Shown here piece by piece: positions 62,111 through 64,000 of a stretch of 64,000 bases of DNA. Every line of letters begins with the position of its first letter. Position 1 is the first letter of the stretch. Source of the stretch: Podarcis melisellensis (lineage: Eukaryota); NCBI GenBank assembly GCA_964234715.1, contig OZ174275.1, one strand, 5' to 3'. Under the pieces are notes generated by a model, which saw only the letters and a list, made by a program, of their open reading frames with translations, did not search any database and had not been told where the DNA came from. The translations under genes and the position numbers were made by a program.

Positions 62111-64000
62111 CAGCCAACCTACTGATAATACCTAATGCGGCTGCTAAATTCTCGCCCGTAATTTTTCCGACATAAATCCAGCGTGGAGACTGTCCTTGGG
62201 AACTTATTGCAAAAAAAAAAAAAGTGCAGAAGCCTTCCTGTGCAGCGACTTCCGTGCAAAGCAGTGGCTTTTTCCATCCAGCCATGCACGAACACACAGC
62301 GGGTGGGTACTTTAGCATCACACAGATTAGCGATCAACAGCCCAGTGCTATGCACACTGCAAGTCTTGCTGCTATTTGTAGGGCTTGCTCCCAAATAACT
62401 GCGTAAAATTCAGTTTGATTGAATTCAGCAGCAACCAGCAGACACAGACATAAAGCTCCAATGTCACAGGAACAGACGCCACAGACCTAGTGGGACTTAC
62501 TTCAAAGTAAATAAATGCAAATTTTATTATTTAAAAATATGAGAATACATTCTTCCTTTCAAGAAGGGGACCTTGAAGTAATACACAAGCTCCTTTTTAT
62601 CTTCACAACAACTCTGTGATGTAGTTTAGGTTGAGAGTGAGTGACTGGCCCAGGCTGTGCAGCAATTTTCATGGCAGAGGGGGGATATTTACCTGGGCCT
62701 CCTCATACTTCACAATCCAATCCATGCATTGGGGGGGGCATAAGAAATAACCAGGGTGCTGTTTAAGTAGATGTGTTTGGATCCGTACAGTCACTAAAGA
62801 GTTATTTTAAACTAAAATGCAACAAATGCTGCAGAGTGGGGAAAACTTGTGGCTCACCACTATATTAAACTGTGGCACTCAAGCAACCACATCCTACACA
62901 GCAATCTGAATAGCACTGAATGCTTTCTGTGTGGGAAGCACCATATTTTCACAGGTAAAAAAATAGTGCACAATGACTTGGAAAACCATGCTATCCCTGA
63001 CAGAAAGGCAGTTTGAGGGATTATAGGCTGTTGGTGCATGCAAAGGGGGGGGGTGCACATTTATTGCACAAAAACAACAGCATGCACCTGTAAACTGAAC
63101 AAAGATATTTCTTTTTCTGTGCTGGTAAAAAAAAAAGTGTCCCTGAATCTGGTCATTTCCTGTGATGTGAATGGTCTATGGTTCAATGCTAGTAACGCTC
63201 ATTTGCAAGTAAGTCTCATTAATTTCAATAGCACTTACTTCCAAGGAAAGTTATTGTATAAGATGCTTAAGAAGGCCTTTAGGAGTAGAGTACACCTGGA
63301 TATAAGATGCATGCCCCATCTCACTTTTTCCTTCTTGACCCTGTCTTGCCCATCTATTTCTGATATGCAGGATCTAGTCCACTCCTGGTGCCAGATATAT
63401 GTGAAATAGTAGAATTAGTGGACACACTAGAAAAGCAGACAGCCTGCTCAAATGCAGTGTAAGCAATCCAACTGAACACCACATCAGACAGACAAGTTTA
63501 CTGCAATGCAGACATGGCCTATTAAAGGAAGCACAACTGAAGTTATTGTGTTCCACTTCATTAAGGTCAGTTCCCAAAGTAAGGCACACAGCTCTTGTTC
63601 TAGCAACTTACAAATAAAATAGCCTCAATAAAATGCTGACACATACCTGTTACCAGTGATCTCCTAACATAGTGTTGCTTTGAAGATAAAGAAACATTGT
63701 ACAGGGTTTTGTATATAAGTTATTTTTAATGTTGAAACAACCATGCACACACAAATGAAGGACAAAAATCCACAGACATGAGGAAATCTCTACACCTGAC
63801 ATTCTACAGAAAGGTTGTGTGTGGGCTTAAAGAAGCATAAAGACAGGTTCAGGAAAAGGTGAGAAAAGCAGGTGAGAAAAGAGGCCAAGAATTGTCATGT
63901 ATGAAGATTAGTAGCAAAAGACAATACTGCACCAACCAAACTGTGGAATCTTCTATTACCTAAAAGGTACGGCAGGAGAACTTTCCAAAACAAGTGAAAT

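Overview
This is eukaryotic, repeat-rich DNA, most likely from a squamate (lacertid-type lizard), inferred from Sauria SINEs, Bov-B, L2 fragments and Tigger/hAT MITEs. I found no host protein-coding exon. The window looks like the promoter CpG island (~61.0-62.1 kb) and long 5' introns of an unidentified minus-strand gene, with at least one non-coding exon (35305-35399). The main feature is a young, full-length Ty3/Gypsy chromovirus of the Tf1/sushi type (7313-12790). It has 408-bp LTRs differing at one base, a TCATA target-site duplication, an 11-nt self-priming PBS, and a pseudoknot plus AUGA overlap at the gag/pol junction. Its most unusual part is the integrase tail: a chromodomain lacking two of three aromatic-cage residues, then two tandem 'F-acidic linker-(F/M)xGF' motifs resembling LEDGF/p75 IBD-binding motifs, then about 100 more codons read through the 3' LTR. 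This suggests (inference) a retrotransposon that tethers to a host transcription-elongation reader by motif mimicry. Other notable items are a MITE carrying a CpG-rich 109-bp alternating-palindrome array, three fold-back Penelope-like inserts with minimal hammerhead ribozyme cores, and a decayed Academ-type transposon. All family names come from motif recognition; no database search was run.
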